Source: an uncultured Clostridia bacterium
Lineage (GTDB): Bacteria; Bacillota; Clostridia; Oscillospirales; Acutalibacteraceae
Length of the DNA stretch: 25,249 nucleotides
Direction: 5' to 3'
Assembly (NCBI GenBank): GCA_947624755.1
Contig: CANQLQ010000001.1
Coordinates: forward strand, 1-25,249
The first letter of the stretch is position 1. Every line of letters begins with the position of its first letter. Below the pieces are notes generated by a model. That model worked only from the letters and a program-made list of their open reading frames with translations. It ran no database searches and was not told where the DNA came from. Shown piece by piece: positions 1 through 8,862 of this stretch. A program made the position numbers and the translations under genes.

Positions 1-1
1 T

Positions 2-376
2 CCTCTCAGACAGCCTACTCTGGAATTCAGCTACAAGAATGACGAACTGGGGGATCCGTTCATAAACAGCTATTATGCTCTCGGTCTCGGTCTTGCAACT
101 CAGGAAGAGATCGACACTATTTCAAAATATGCCTTTGCGGTAAACAGCTTTATGCTGAAATTCTTCAAGGAACATAATATCGACCTTATCGACTTCAAGA
201 TAGAATTCGGAAGATTTCACGGAAAAATTCTCCTTGCGGACGAAATTTCTCCCGATACCTGCCGCTTCTGGGACAGCACCACACACGAAAAGCTTGACAA
301 GGACAGATTCCGCAGGGATATGGGCGGCGTTGAAGAAGCCTATCAGGAAATGATGAAGAGAATCCTCGGCGAATAA
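2..376 (+). CDS. purC: SAICAR synthetase, 3' part (truncated by window start)
   Basis: The frame is open from base 2 (PLRQPTLEFSYKNDELGDP...) and continues into LIDFKIEFG...LADEISPDTCRFWD...DKDRFR, which are PurC motifs. First gene of the pur cluster in the window. Confidence 0.95.
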   Translation, partial: PLRQPTLEFSYKNDELGDPFINSYYALGLGLATQEEIDTISKYAFAVNSFMLKFFKEHNIDLIDFKIEFGRFHGKILLADEISPDTCRFWDSTTHEKLDKDRFRRDMGGVEEAYQEMMKRILGE

Positions 377-404
377 ATTTAAGGCGAACTGACAGAAAGG
401 AAGC

Positions 405-465
405 TATGCATAATAACCTGTTTATTTTCGGCTTTGTTCGGTTTTAATAAGATTTATTATGCATA
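405..465 (+). other. Long intergenic stem-loop (purC-purF)
   Basis: Perfect 12-bp inverted repeat TATGCATAATAA (405-416) / TTATTATGCATA (454-465), with further inner pairing. Confidence 0.7.
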
Positions 466-479
466 TCGTGGCGATTAAA

Positions 480-1904
480 ATGGGTGGTTTTTTTGGCGCG
501 GTAAGCAAGCGCGATGTAATTGAAGATGTTTTCTTCGGAACTGACTATCATTCACATCTCGGGACCCGCAGAGGCGGTATGGCCTCATATGATGAAGAAA
601 TAGGCCTTCAAAGAGATATACACAATATTCAGAACACACCTTTCAGAACAAAGTTTGAAAAGATTTTTGAAGATATGAAAGGTAAGGCGGCGATCGGCTG
701 CATCAGCGACTATGATCCCCAGCCGCTTCTTATCCGTTCAAGTCTTGGTGCGTATGCGATTTGCGTAATCGGTATTATCAATAATTCAGAAACTCTTATT
801 GACCAATACCTTCATTTCAGCGGAGGTCATTTCGGTGCAATGACAGGCGGTGCAGTCAATTCAACAGAACTTGTTGCCGCTCTCATTAACCAAAAAAGCA
901 CCTTCGTTGAAGGCATTATATTTGCACAAAAAGAAATTGAAGGCACAGCCTCTATTTTAATTCTCAAAGATGACGGCGCTATTATTGCCGCAAGAGACAG
1001 GCTTGGCAGACTTCCGATAATTGTCGGCAAAGATGAAGACGGCTACTGCGTTTCATTTGAATCTTTTGCGTATGACAAGCTCGGCTATGAAAAAGAAAAA
1101 GAACTCGGCCCCGGAGAAATTGTTGAAATCACCGCTGATGAGATGAAGGTTCTTGCAAAGCCGGGCAAAAAGATGAGAATTTGCTCTTTCTTGTGGAGCT
1201 ATTACGGTTATTCAACTTCAACCTATGAAGGGGTAAATGTTGAAATTATGCGTTACCGCAACGGTAGAATTATGGCTCAAAACGATGCAAAAAACGGACT
1301 TCTTGAAGGTATAGACTATGTTGGCGGAGTTCCCGATTCCGGCACGCCGCACGCAATCGGCTATGCAAACGAAAGCGGGATCCCGTTCGCAAGAGCATTC
1401 ATAAAATATACTCCGACGTGGTCAAGAAGCTTTATGCCGACAAGGCAGAACGAAAGAAATAAAGTTGCAAAAATGAAGCAGATTCCGGTTCACGAGCTTA
1501 TAAAAGACAAGAATTTGCTTTTTGTTGACGACTCTATAGTAAGAGGCACACAGCTTAAAGAAACCGTTGAGTTCCTTTACGCAAATGGTGCAAAATCCGT
1601 TCATATGCGTTCGGCTTGTCCTCCTATTATGTACGGCTGTAAATATCTCAATTTCTCAAGAGCCAACAGCGAAATGGAGCTTATTGCAAGAAGAGTTATG
1701 TATGACCTCGAAGGTGAAGACGCAGTGAAATATATTGACGAATATTGCGACCCGTCAACCGAAAGAGGTAAAAAGCTGCGTCAGACAATATGTGAACGGT
1801 TCAACTTTGCCTCTCTTGAATTTCAGACTCTTCAGGGCATAATTGAATCTATCGGCATTGATGAAGACTGCCTTTGCACATATTGCTGGAACGGAAAAGA
1901 GTAA
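480..1904 (+). CDS. purF: Amidophosphoribosyltransferase, 4Fe-4S type, MGGFFG variant lacking the N-terminal Cys
   Basis: PRPP-binding loop LFVDDSIVRGT, GVPDSG, and probable Fe-S cysteines (RICSF, YGCKY, CTYC). Start placed at ATG 480 (MGGFFG aligns with canonical MCGIFG) rather than 459, which lies inside a hairpin. Confidence 0.9.
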   Translation: MGGFFGAVSKRDVIEDVFFGTDYHSHLGTRRGGMASYDEEIGLQRDIHNIQNTPFRTKFEKIFEDMKGKAAIGCISDYDPQPLLIRSSLGAYAICVIGIINNSETLIDQYLHFSGGHFGAMTGGAVNSTELVAALINQKSTFVEGIIFAQKEIEGTASILILKDDGAIIAARDRLGRLPIIVGKDEDGYCVSFESFAYDKLGYEKEKELGPGEIVEITADEMKVLAKPGKKMRICSFLWSYYGYSTSTYEGVNVEIMRYRNGRIMAQNDAKNGLLEGIDYVGGVPDSGTPHAIGYANESGIPFARAFIKYTPTWSRSFMPTRQNERNKVAKMKQIPVHELIKDKNLLFVDDSIVRGTQLKETVEFLYANGAKSVHMRSACPPIMYGCKYLNFSRANSEMELIARRVMYDLEGEDAVKYIDEYCDPSTERGKKLRQTICERFNFASLEFQTLQGIIESIGIDEDCLCTYCWNGKE

Positions 1905-1916
1905 TCTATAAAAACA

Positions 1917-1979
1917 TACACAGTGCAAAAACATTGAAGGTTTATAAGATAAATCTGTTGTCAAGCTTTGCACGGTGTA
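1917..1979 (+). other. Long intergenic stem-loop (purF-purM)
   Basis: TACACAGTGCAAA (1917-1929) / TTTGCACGGTGTA (1967-1979) match at 12/13; inner TTGA/TCAA and AGGTTTAT/ATAAATCT pairing; no U-tract follows. Confidence 0.7.
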
Positions 1980-2063
1980 ATATTAAAATGATATGCATTT
2001 TAAAAATATAATGAAAGGAAGCTTCCGAGGAAAGCTGAATTACCTTTGAAGCAACACTGTAAA

Positions 2064-3104
2064 ATGACAAAGTCAAAATCAGACAGCTATGCAGCAGCCG
2101 GTGTAGACATTACTGCCGGTTACAAAGCGGTTGAGCTTATGAAAGCTCACATTGCAAGAACAATGACAAGCGGCGTATGTTCGGATATCGGTGGCTTTGG
2201 CGGCCTTTTTGAACTTGATATGACAGGAATTTCAAAGCCTGTTCTTGTAAGCGGAACCGACGGCGTCGGCACAAAGCTCAAGCTTGCCTTTATTATGGAC
2301 AAGCACGATACAGTCGGTATTGACTGCGTTGCGATGTGCGTGAACGACATTATCTGCTGCGGAGCAAAGCCTCTTTTTTTCCTTGACTATATTGCCTGCG
2401 GAAAAAATGTTCCCGAAAGAATCGCCGAAATAGTTTCAGGCGTTGCAGAAGGCTGCGTTCAGTCGGGCGCGGCTCTTATCGGCGGTGAAACAGCAGAAAT
2501 GCCGGGCTTTTATCCCATAGATGAATATGACCTTGCAGGTTTTTCTGTCGGTGTTGTTGACAAAGCAAAAATTGTTGACAACAAAGAAATGAAGCCGGGC
2601 GATGTTATTATTGCACTTGCTTCAAGCGGCGTTCATTCAAACGGATTTTCACTTGTAAGAAAAGTTTTTGACGTTGAAAACGCAGACATTAAAACTCCGC
2701 TCGAAGAGCTTGGAGGCAAAAGTATTGGCGAAACCCTTCTCACCCCGACAAAGATTTATGTAAAACCGATGCTCGCTCTCTTTGAAGCGGTAAAGGTAAA
2801 GGGAGTATCTCACATCACGGGCGGCGGATTCTATGAAAATATCCCGAGAAGTATTCCGAACGGTCTCGGTGCAAAAATCGAAAAGAGCGCGGTTAAGGTT
2901 CTTCCGATTTTTGACCTTATTGCAAAAAAAGGCAATATTCCCGAAAGAGATATGTTCAATACCTTTAATATGGGTGTCGGTATGAGCGTTGTTGTTTCAA
3001 AGGCGGACGCAGAAAAGGCGATTGAAGTTCTCAAAGCAAACGGTGAGGACGCATATATTATCGGCGAAATTGTTGAATCAGACGAAAGAATTGTAATTTA
3101 TTGA
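2064..3104 (+). CDS. purM: AIR synthetase (phosphoribosylformylglycinamidine cyclo-ligase)
   Basis: [49 protein letters not shown] motifs. Start placed at ATG 2064; TTG 2046 is the alternative. Confidence 0.96.
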   Translation: MTKSKSDSYAAAGVDITAGYKAVELMKAHIARTMTSGVCSDIGGFGGLFELDMTGISKPVLVSGTDGVGTKLKLAFIMDKHDTVGIDCVAMCVNDIICCGAKPLFFLDYIACGKNVPERIAEIVSGVAEGCVQSGAALIGGETAEMPGFYPIDEYDLAGFSVGVVDKAKIVDNKEMKPGDVIIALASSGVHSNGFSLVRKVFDVENADIKTPLEELGGKSIGETLLTPTKIYVKPMLALFEAVKVKGVSHITGGGFYENIPRSIPNGLGAKIEKSAVKVLPIFDLIAKKGNIPERDMFNTFNMGVGMSVVVSKADAEKAIEVLKANGEDAYIIGEIVESDERIVIY

Positions 3105-3114
3105 GGTAATTACA

Positions 3115-3726
3115 ATGAATAATAAAACTAAAATTGCCGTCCTTGTTTCGGGCGGCGGAACAAACCTACAGGCAATTCTTGACGCTTGTGACAGCGGAAT
3201 AATAACTCACGGTGAAGTTAAGTGCGTAATTTCAAGCAAGGCAGGAGCTTATGCGCTTGAAAGGGCAAAAAACCACGGAATAAAAGGATATGTTGTTTCA
3301 AAAAAAGAACTCGGCGGTCAAGAAGCGTTTGAAAAGAAAATAACAGACATTCTTCGGGAACATGAAATTGAACTTATTGTTCTTGCAGGTTTTATGTCAA
3401 TACTTTCTGAAAATTTCACAAAAAAATATGAAGAAAGAATACTCAATGTTCACCCGTCGCTTATTCCGTCATTTTGCGGAAAAGGCTATTACGGACTTCG
3501 TGTTCACGAAGCGGCTCTTTCCTATGGCGTAAAAGTAACGGGAGCAACGGTACATTTTGTAAACGAAATACCCGACGGGGGAAGAATTATTCTTCAAAAG
3601 GCTGTTTATATCCAAGACGGCGACACACCCGAAGTTCTTCAAAAAAGGGTTATGGAGCAGGCGGAATGGAAAATTTTACCGCAGGCTGTGGAAATTGTCT
3701 CAAAAGAAATTTGCAAAAACAAATAA
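3115..3726 (+). CDS. purN: Phosphoribosylglycinamide formyltransferase
   Basis: VLVSGGGTNLQA, LAGFM, NVHPSL, TGATVHFV, DGG motifs; GAGG RBS upstream. Confidence 0.96.
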   Translation: MNNKTKIAVLVSGGGTNLQAILDACDSGIITHGEVKCVISSKAGAYALERAKNHGIKGYVVSKKELGGQEAFEKKITDILREHEIELIVLAGFMSILSENFTKKYEERILNVHPSLIPSFCGKGYYGLRVHEAALSYGVKVTGATVHFVNEIPDGGRIILQKAVYIQDGDTPEVLQKRVMEQAEWKILPQAVEIVSKEICKNK

Positions 3727-3737
3727 ATGAAAGGGAA

Positions 3738-3787
3738 CGAAACGGACACACTTTAGGCAATTGCTTTGAATAGTTGTGTCCTTTTCG
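3738..3787 (+). other. Intergenic stem-loop (purN-purD)
   Basis: CGAAACGGACACA (3738-3750) / TGTGTCCTTTTCG (3775-3787) match at 12/13, plus an inner AGGC/GCTT stem. Confidence 0.7.
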
Positions 3788-3798
3788 CATAAATTGCT

Positions 3799-5070
3799 AT
3801 GAAAATTATGGTAGTAGGTGGCGGCGGCCGCGAACACGCAATCATTAAAAAGCTCAGGGAAAATCGGGAAATTGAAGAAATTTATGCCCTGCCCGGCAAC
3901 GGCGGAATGAAAGACGACGCAGTCCTTGTCGATATCGGCGCAAAGGACATTGACGGCATTGTAAATTTTGCAAAAGAAAATAAGATTGATTTTGCCGTTG
4001 TTGCTCCCGACGACCCCTTGGTTCTCGGCTGTGTTGACGCTCTTAATGAAATCGGTATTCCCTGTTTCGGACCGAAAGCAAACGCAGCGATTATTGAAGG
4101 CAGCAAGGTTTTTTCAAAGAATCTTATGAAAAAATACGGTATTCCGACAGCCCGGTATGAGGTTTTTGATGATATGGAAAAAGCTCTTTCCTATCTTGAA
4201 ACCGCTCCTGTTCCGACCGTAGTCAAGGCTGACGGTCTTGCACTGGGCAAGGGCGTTATAATCGCGGCGACAAGAGATGAAGCCAAAGCTGCGGTTCGCT
4301 CAATGATGGAAAACAAAATTTTTGGTGAAAGCGGCAGCAGAGTTGTTATTGAAGAATTTCTTGAAGGGCCGGAAGTTTCTGTCCTTTCTTTCACCGACGG
4401 AAATGTGCTTGTTCCTATGGTTTCCTCAATGGATCATAAACGTGCTTTTGACAATGACGAAGGGCTTAATACCGGCGGCATGGGAACAGTTGCTCCGAAC
4501 CCATATTATACAAAAGAAGTCTCCGATGAATGTATGGAAAAAATATTTATTCCGACAATCGAGGCTATGAAAAAAGAGGGCAGAGAGTTTCGCGGCTGTC
4601 TTTATTTCGGACTTATGATAACCAGGGACGGACCGAAAGTCATTGAATATAACTGCCGTTTCGGCGACCCTGAAACACAGGTTGTTCTTCCCCTTCTTGA
4701 AAGTGATCTTTTCACGATTATGAAGGCTGTTTCCGAGGGTAGACTCAACGAAACCGAGGTTAAATTCAGTAATAAAGCGGCTTGCTGCGTTATTGTCGCT
4801 TCAAAGGGATATCCCGTAAAATATGAAAGCGGATTTGAAATTGAACTTCCCGAAACAGATGAAAACAGCGACATCTTTGTTGCGGGCGCAAAAATAAAAG
4901 ACGGAAAAACAGTAAGCGCAGGCGGCAGAGTCCTCGGAGTGACCGCAACGGCGAAAGACCTCAAAACAGCAATAAATGACGCATACAAACTTACGGAAAA
5001 AGTAAAATTTGAAAACGGATTTTACAGAAAAGATATAGGCAAAAAAGCGCTCAAAGCGTTGGAGGGATAA
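3799..5070 (+). CDS. purD: Phosphoribosylamine-glycine ligase (GAR synthetase)
   Basis: VVGGGGREHA, EGSKVFSK, VKADGLALGKGV, GLNTGGMG, EYNCRFGDPE, GGRVL motifs. Confidence 0.97.
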   Translation: MKIMVVGGGGREHAIIKKLRENREIEEIYALPGNGGMKDDAVLVDIGAKDIDGIVNFAKENKIDFAVVAPDDPLVLGCVDALNEIGIPCFGPKANAAIIEGSKVFSKNLMKKYGIPTARYEVFDDMEKALSYLETAPVPTVVKADGLALGKGVIIAATRDEAKAAVRSMMENKIFGESGSRVVIEEFLEGPEVSVLSFTDGNVLVPMVSSMDHKRAFDNDEGLNTGGMGTVAPNPYYTKEVSDECMEKIFIPTIEAMKKEGREFRGCLYFGLMITRDGPKVIEYNCRFGDPETQVVLPLLESDLFTIMKAVSEGRLNETEVKFSNKAACCVIVASKGYPVKYESGFEIELPETDENSDIFVAGAKIKDGKTVSAGGRVLGVTATAKDLKTAINDAYKLTEKVKFENGFYRKDIGKKALKALEG

Positions 5071-5075
5071 AGAGT

Positions 5076-8000
5076 ATGGTATACAGAGTATTTGTTGAAA
5101 AGAAAAAGGAACTCGCTAACGAGGCAAAAGTTCTTTTAGGCGACGTGAAAAGCTTCCTCGGAATTGATGCTCTCAAAGACGTAAGAATCATAAACCGTTA
5201 TGATGTTGAAAACATTGAAAAAGATCTTTTTGATTACTGCAAAGAAACTGTATTTTCCGAGCCTCAGCTTGATATAGTAACCGACGAAATTGAAACGCAG
5301 GGTGCGTCGGCCTTTGTTGTTGAATATCTTCCCGGCCAGTTCGACCAGCGCGCGGATTCGGCCGCACAATGTATCCAGATTATATCACAGAAGGATCGCC
5401 CTACAGTAAGATCGGGTAAGGTTTACCTTCTTTACGGGGAGCTTACAGAAGCTGAAATTGCAAAAATTAAAAAGTATGTAATTAACCCCGTTGAGGCCTG
5501 TGAAGTTTCAATGCAAAAATATGATACTCTCAAAAGCGAAATGGAAATTCCGACAGAGGTTGAGGTACTTGACGGTTTCCTTGAACTTGATGATAACGGT
5601 CTTGCCGACTTTGTTTCAAAATATGCTCTTGCCATGGATAAAGACGATATTAAGTTCTGCCGGGACTATTTTAAAACTGAGGGTCGTGACCCGACAATTA
5701 CTGAAATTCGTATGATAGACACATATTGGTCGGACCATTGCCGTCATACTACCTTCCTTACAACAATTGATAACGTGACCTTTGAAGACGAGCTTCTTGA
5801 AAAGACTTATGAAGATTATGTAAATACCCGCAAGTCGCTCGGAAGAACAAAGCCGCAGAACCTTATGGATATTGCAACGCTTGCCGTAAAATATCTCAAA
5901 AAAGAAGGCAAGCTTGAAAAACTTGACGAATCGGAAGAAATCAATGCGTGTACCGTTAAAATCAACGTAGAGGTTGACGGCGTAAGCGAACCGTGGCTTC
6001 TTCTTTTCAAAAACGAAACCCATAATCATCCAACCGAAATTGAACCGTTCGGCGGAGCTGCAACCTGCATTGGCGGTGCAATTCGCGACCCGCTTTCGGG
6101 ACGCAGCTATGTTTACGGCGCAATGCGTGTGACGGGTGCTGCAAATCCGTTAAAGAGCCTTGATGAAACTCTTAAAGGCAAGCTTCCTCAAAGAAAAATC
6201 GTCACAACTGCCGCCGCAGGTTACTCATCATACGGTAACCAAATCGGTCTTGCAACAGGTCAGGTCGATGAAATCTTCCACGATGGATATGCTGCAAAAA
6301 GAATGGAAATCGGTGCGGTTATTGCCGCGGCTCCCGCTGAAAATGTTCGCCGTGAACGTCCAGAGGACGGAGACGTTGTAATTCTTCTCGGCGGAAGAAC
6401 AGGCCGTGACGGCTGCGGCGGCGCAACAGGTTCTTCAAAATCGCACAATCTTCAGTCGCTTGAAAGCTGCGGTGCGGAAGTCCAAAAGGGTAATGCTCCC
6501 GAAGAAAGAAAGCTTCAGCGTCTTTTCAGAAACGGTGAAGCAACTCGTATGATCAAACGCTGTAATGACTTCGGCGCAGGCGGCGTTTCGGTCGCTATCG
6601 GTGAACTTGCCGACGGTCTTGAAATTGACTTAAACGCAGTACCTAAGAAATATGAAGGTCTTGACGGTACAGAGCTTGCAATTTCCGAATCACAGGAAAG
6701 AATGGCAGTTGTTGTTGAAAAAGAAAATGTTGACGCTTTTCTTGCTTTGGCAAACAGCGAAAACCTTGAAGCTACTGTTGTTGCCGTTGTGAAGGCTGAA
6801 CCTCGTCTTGTAATGAACTGGAACGGCAAAAAGATAGTTGACATTTCAAGAAAGTTCCTTAACTCAAACGGTGCGGAAAAACATATTGATATTACTGTTG
6901 CCGCTCCCAAGTGTTATAAGAAAGACACAGACGGTGGTTTTGCAGAAAAATATGCCGAGCTTGCGGGCGATCTCAATGTCTGCTCAAAGCGCGGACTTTC
7001 CGAACGCTTTGACTCAACAATCGGCGCAGGTACGGTTCTTATGCCGTTCGGCGGTAAGAATCAGCTTACGCCAAGCCAGGCAATGGTTCAGAAAATTTCT
7101 ACGGAAAAGAAGCATACCGATGACTGCTCATACATGGCATGGGGTTATAATCCGTTTATTACCGAAAAATCTCCGTACCACGGCGCATACCTTGCAGTTG
7201 TTGAATCTGTTTCAAAAATTATTGCAAGCGGTGCAAAATTTGAAGATGTATATCTTACTTTCCAGGAATATTTTGAACGTCCGGGCAAAGACGGAAAACG
7301 CTGGGGCAAACCTCTTGCGGCTCTTTTAGGTGCGTTTGAAGCTCAAAAAGAGCTTGGTATCGGCGCAATCGGAGGCAAGGACTCAATGAGCGGTACATTT
7401 GAAAAGCTTGATGTTCCGCCGACACTTGTTTCGTTTGCGGTCACAACAGGCAAGGCCGATGAAGTAGTTTCACCCGAGTTTAAGGGCGCAAACCATAAAG
7501 TTGTAATGCTTTCACCTAAATATAACGAAAATCATCTTCCCGACACAAACAGCCTTATCGAAACCTTTAATAAAGTAACGGCTCTTATGCGGGGCGGAAA
7601 GGTTTATGCGGCTTTTACACCGACATATGGCGGCGCTGCGGAAGCAATTATGAAAATGGCATTCGGTAACGGCATTGGCTTTAAGTTTAATGACCCGCTT
7701 ACAAACGATGATATTTTCGGCTATAATTACGGTTCATTTATTCTTGAAGTCAGTGACGAGGTTGACTGCGGCAAGCTTCTCGGCACAACAACCGAAGAGC
7801 AGATAATTTCTTACAAAGGTGAAGTTCTTGAAATAAAAAAGCTTCTTTCAATTTACGAAAACAAGCTTGAAAGCGTATATTCGTGCAACATTGAACAAAA
7901 TCCGGGCAAAATTGAAAACTTTAATTTTGAAGCAAAAACAAGAACTGCGCCGGCAATCAAGAGCGCAAAACCGAAAGTTCTTATTCCGGTATTCCCCGGC

Positions 8001-8765
8001 ACGAACTGCGAATATGACAGCGCAAAAGCTGTTGAAAGGGCAGGCGGCGAGGCGGAAATTATTGTTATAAATAACCTTACTTCAAGCGGTATTGCTCACT
8101 CAACCGATTATTTTGCAAGGAGCGTTAAAAATGCGCAGATGATATTCATTCCGGGTGGTTTCTCCGGCGGTGACGAGCCTGACGGTTCGGGCAAGTTTAT
8201 CACAGCATTTTTCAGAAATGCCGCCGTAAAAGAAGAAGTAACAAAGCTTCTTGAAGAGCGTGACGGTCTTATGTGCGGTATCTGTAACGGTTTTCAGGCT
8301 CTTATCAAGCTCGGACTTGTACCTTACGGAAAAATTATTGACACCGATGAAAACTGCCCGACACTTACTTTCAACACAATCGGCAGACACCAGTCAAAAA
8401 TAGTACGCACAAGAATTGCTTCAAACAAATCTCCTTGGCTTGCTTCTGCCGAAGTCGGAGAGGTATATAATGTGCCTATTTCACACGGTGAGGGTCGTTT
8501 CCTTGCAAGCGAAGAACTTATAAGAAAGCTTGCTCAAAACGGACAAATAGCAACTCAGTATGCCGACCTTGACGGTAACGCTACGGGTGATATCCGCTTC
8601 AATCCGAACAATTCTGCTTTTGCGATTGAAGGTATAACTTCGCCTGACGGCAGAGTTTTTGGTAAAATGGGACACAGCGAACGTATTGACACAGGCCTTT
8701 ACAAAAATGTTGAAGGCAATTATGACATTGGTATGTTCAGAAACGCAGTTAAATATTTTGAATAA
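5076..8765 (+). CDS. purL: FGAM synthase, large fused form with C-terminal glutaminase domain
   Basis: 1229 aa; WSDHCRH, ETHNHPTEIEPFGGAATC, DFGAGG, SESQERM; C-terminal FPGTNCE, GGFSGGD, GICNGFQ (Cys) and GHSER (His-x-Glu). Confidence 0.97.
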   Translation: MVYRVFVEKKKELANEAKVLLGDVKSFLGIDALKDVRIINRYDVENIEKDLFDYCKETVFSEPQLDIVTDEIETQGASAFVVEYLPGQFDQRADSAAQCIQIISQKDRPTVRSGKVYLLYGELTEAEIAKIKKYVINPVEACEVSMQKYDTLKSEMEIPTEVEVLDGFLELDDNGLADFVSKYALAMDKDDIKFCRDYFKTEGRDPTITEIRMIDTYWSDHCRHTTFLTTIDNVTFEDELLEKTYEDYVNTRKSLGRTKPQNLMDIATLAVKYLKKEGKLEKLDESEEINACTVKINVEVDGVSEPWLLLFKNETHNHPTEIEPFGGAATCIGGAIRDPLSGRSYVYGAMRVTGAANPLKSLDETLKGKLPQRKIVTTAAAGYSSYGNQIGLATGQVDEIFHDGYAAKRMEIGAVIAAAPAENVRRERPEDGDVVILLGGRTGRDGCGGATGSSKSHNLQSLESCGAEVQKGNAPEERKLQRLFRNGEATRMIKRCNDFGAGGVSVAIGELADGLEIDLNAVPKKYEGLDGTELAISESQERMAVVVEKENVDAFLALANSENLEATVVAVVKAEPRLVMNWNGKKIVDISRKFLNSNGAEKHIDITVAAPKCYKKDTDGGFAEKYAELAGDLNVCSKRGLSERFDSTIGAGTVLMPFGGKNQLTPSQAMVQKISTEKKHTDDCSYMAWGYNPFITEKSPYHGAYLAVVESVSKIIASGAKFEDVYLTFQEYFERPGKDGKRWGKPLAALLGAFEAQKELGIGAIGGKDSMSGTFEKLDVPPTLVSFAVTTGKADEVVSPEFKGANHKVVMLSPKYNENHLPDTNSLIETFNKVTALMRGGKVYAAFTPTYGGAAEAIMKMAFGNGIGFKFNDPLTNDDIFGYNYGSFILEVSDEVDCGKLLGTTTEEQIISYKGEVLEIKKLLSIYENKLESVYSCNIEQNPGKIENFNFEAKTRTAPAIKSAKPKVLIPVFPGTNCEYDSAKAVERAGGEAEIIVINNLTSSGIAHSTDYFARSVKNAQMIFIPGGFSGGDEPDGSGKFITAFFRNAAVKEEVTKLLEERDGLMCGICNGFQALIKLGLVPYGKIIDTDENCPTLTFNTIGRHQSKIVRTRIASNKSPWLASAEVGEVYNVPISHGEGRFLASEELIRKLAQNGQIATQYADLDGNATGDIRFNPNNSAFAIEGITSPDGRVFGKMGHSERIDTGLYKNVEGNYDIGMFRNAVKYFE

Positions 8766-8817
8766 TAAAAATGGGGCTGCCGCAAATCGACAAAACGATG
8801 AGCGACAGCCCCAAAAG
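8764..8817. terminator. Intrinsic terminator between convergent purL and nagA
   Basis: TGGGGCTG (8772-8779) / CAGCCCCA (8806-8813) stem; a clear U-tract on the minus strand (nagA direction), so possibly bidirectional. Confidence 0.7.
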
Positions 8818-8862
8818 CGATTCCTTAAGCCTTAAGCGTAATTTAATCAGAGCTTCCCTTAA
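8816..8862 (-). repeat. Solo MITE terminal repeats
   Basis: AGCGATTCC|TTAA (8816-8828) and TTAATCAGAGCTTCCC|TTAA (8843-8862) match the ends of the MITE copies at 18349, 20512 and 25176. Confidence 0.7.

Noticed and set aside
2-376. purC codon usage looks more C/G-ending than downstream genes (possible separate origin)
   Set aside because: The fragment is too short to judge by eye; a codon-usage calculation on the full gene would be needed.
2011-2049. 12-codon mini-ORF whose TGA overlaps TTG 2046 of purM
   Set aside because: It has no SD of its own, and ATG 2064 fits the usual PurM N-terminus better; chance cannot be excluded.
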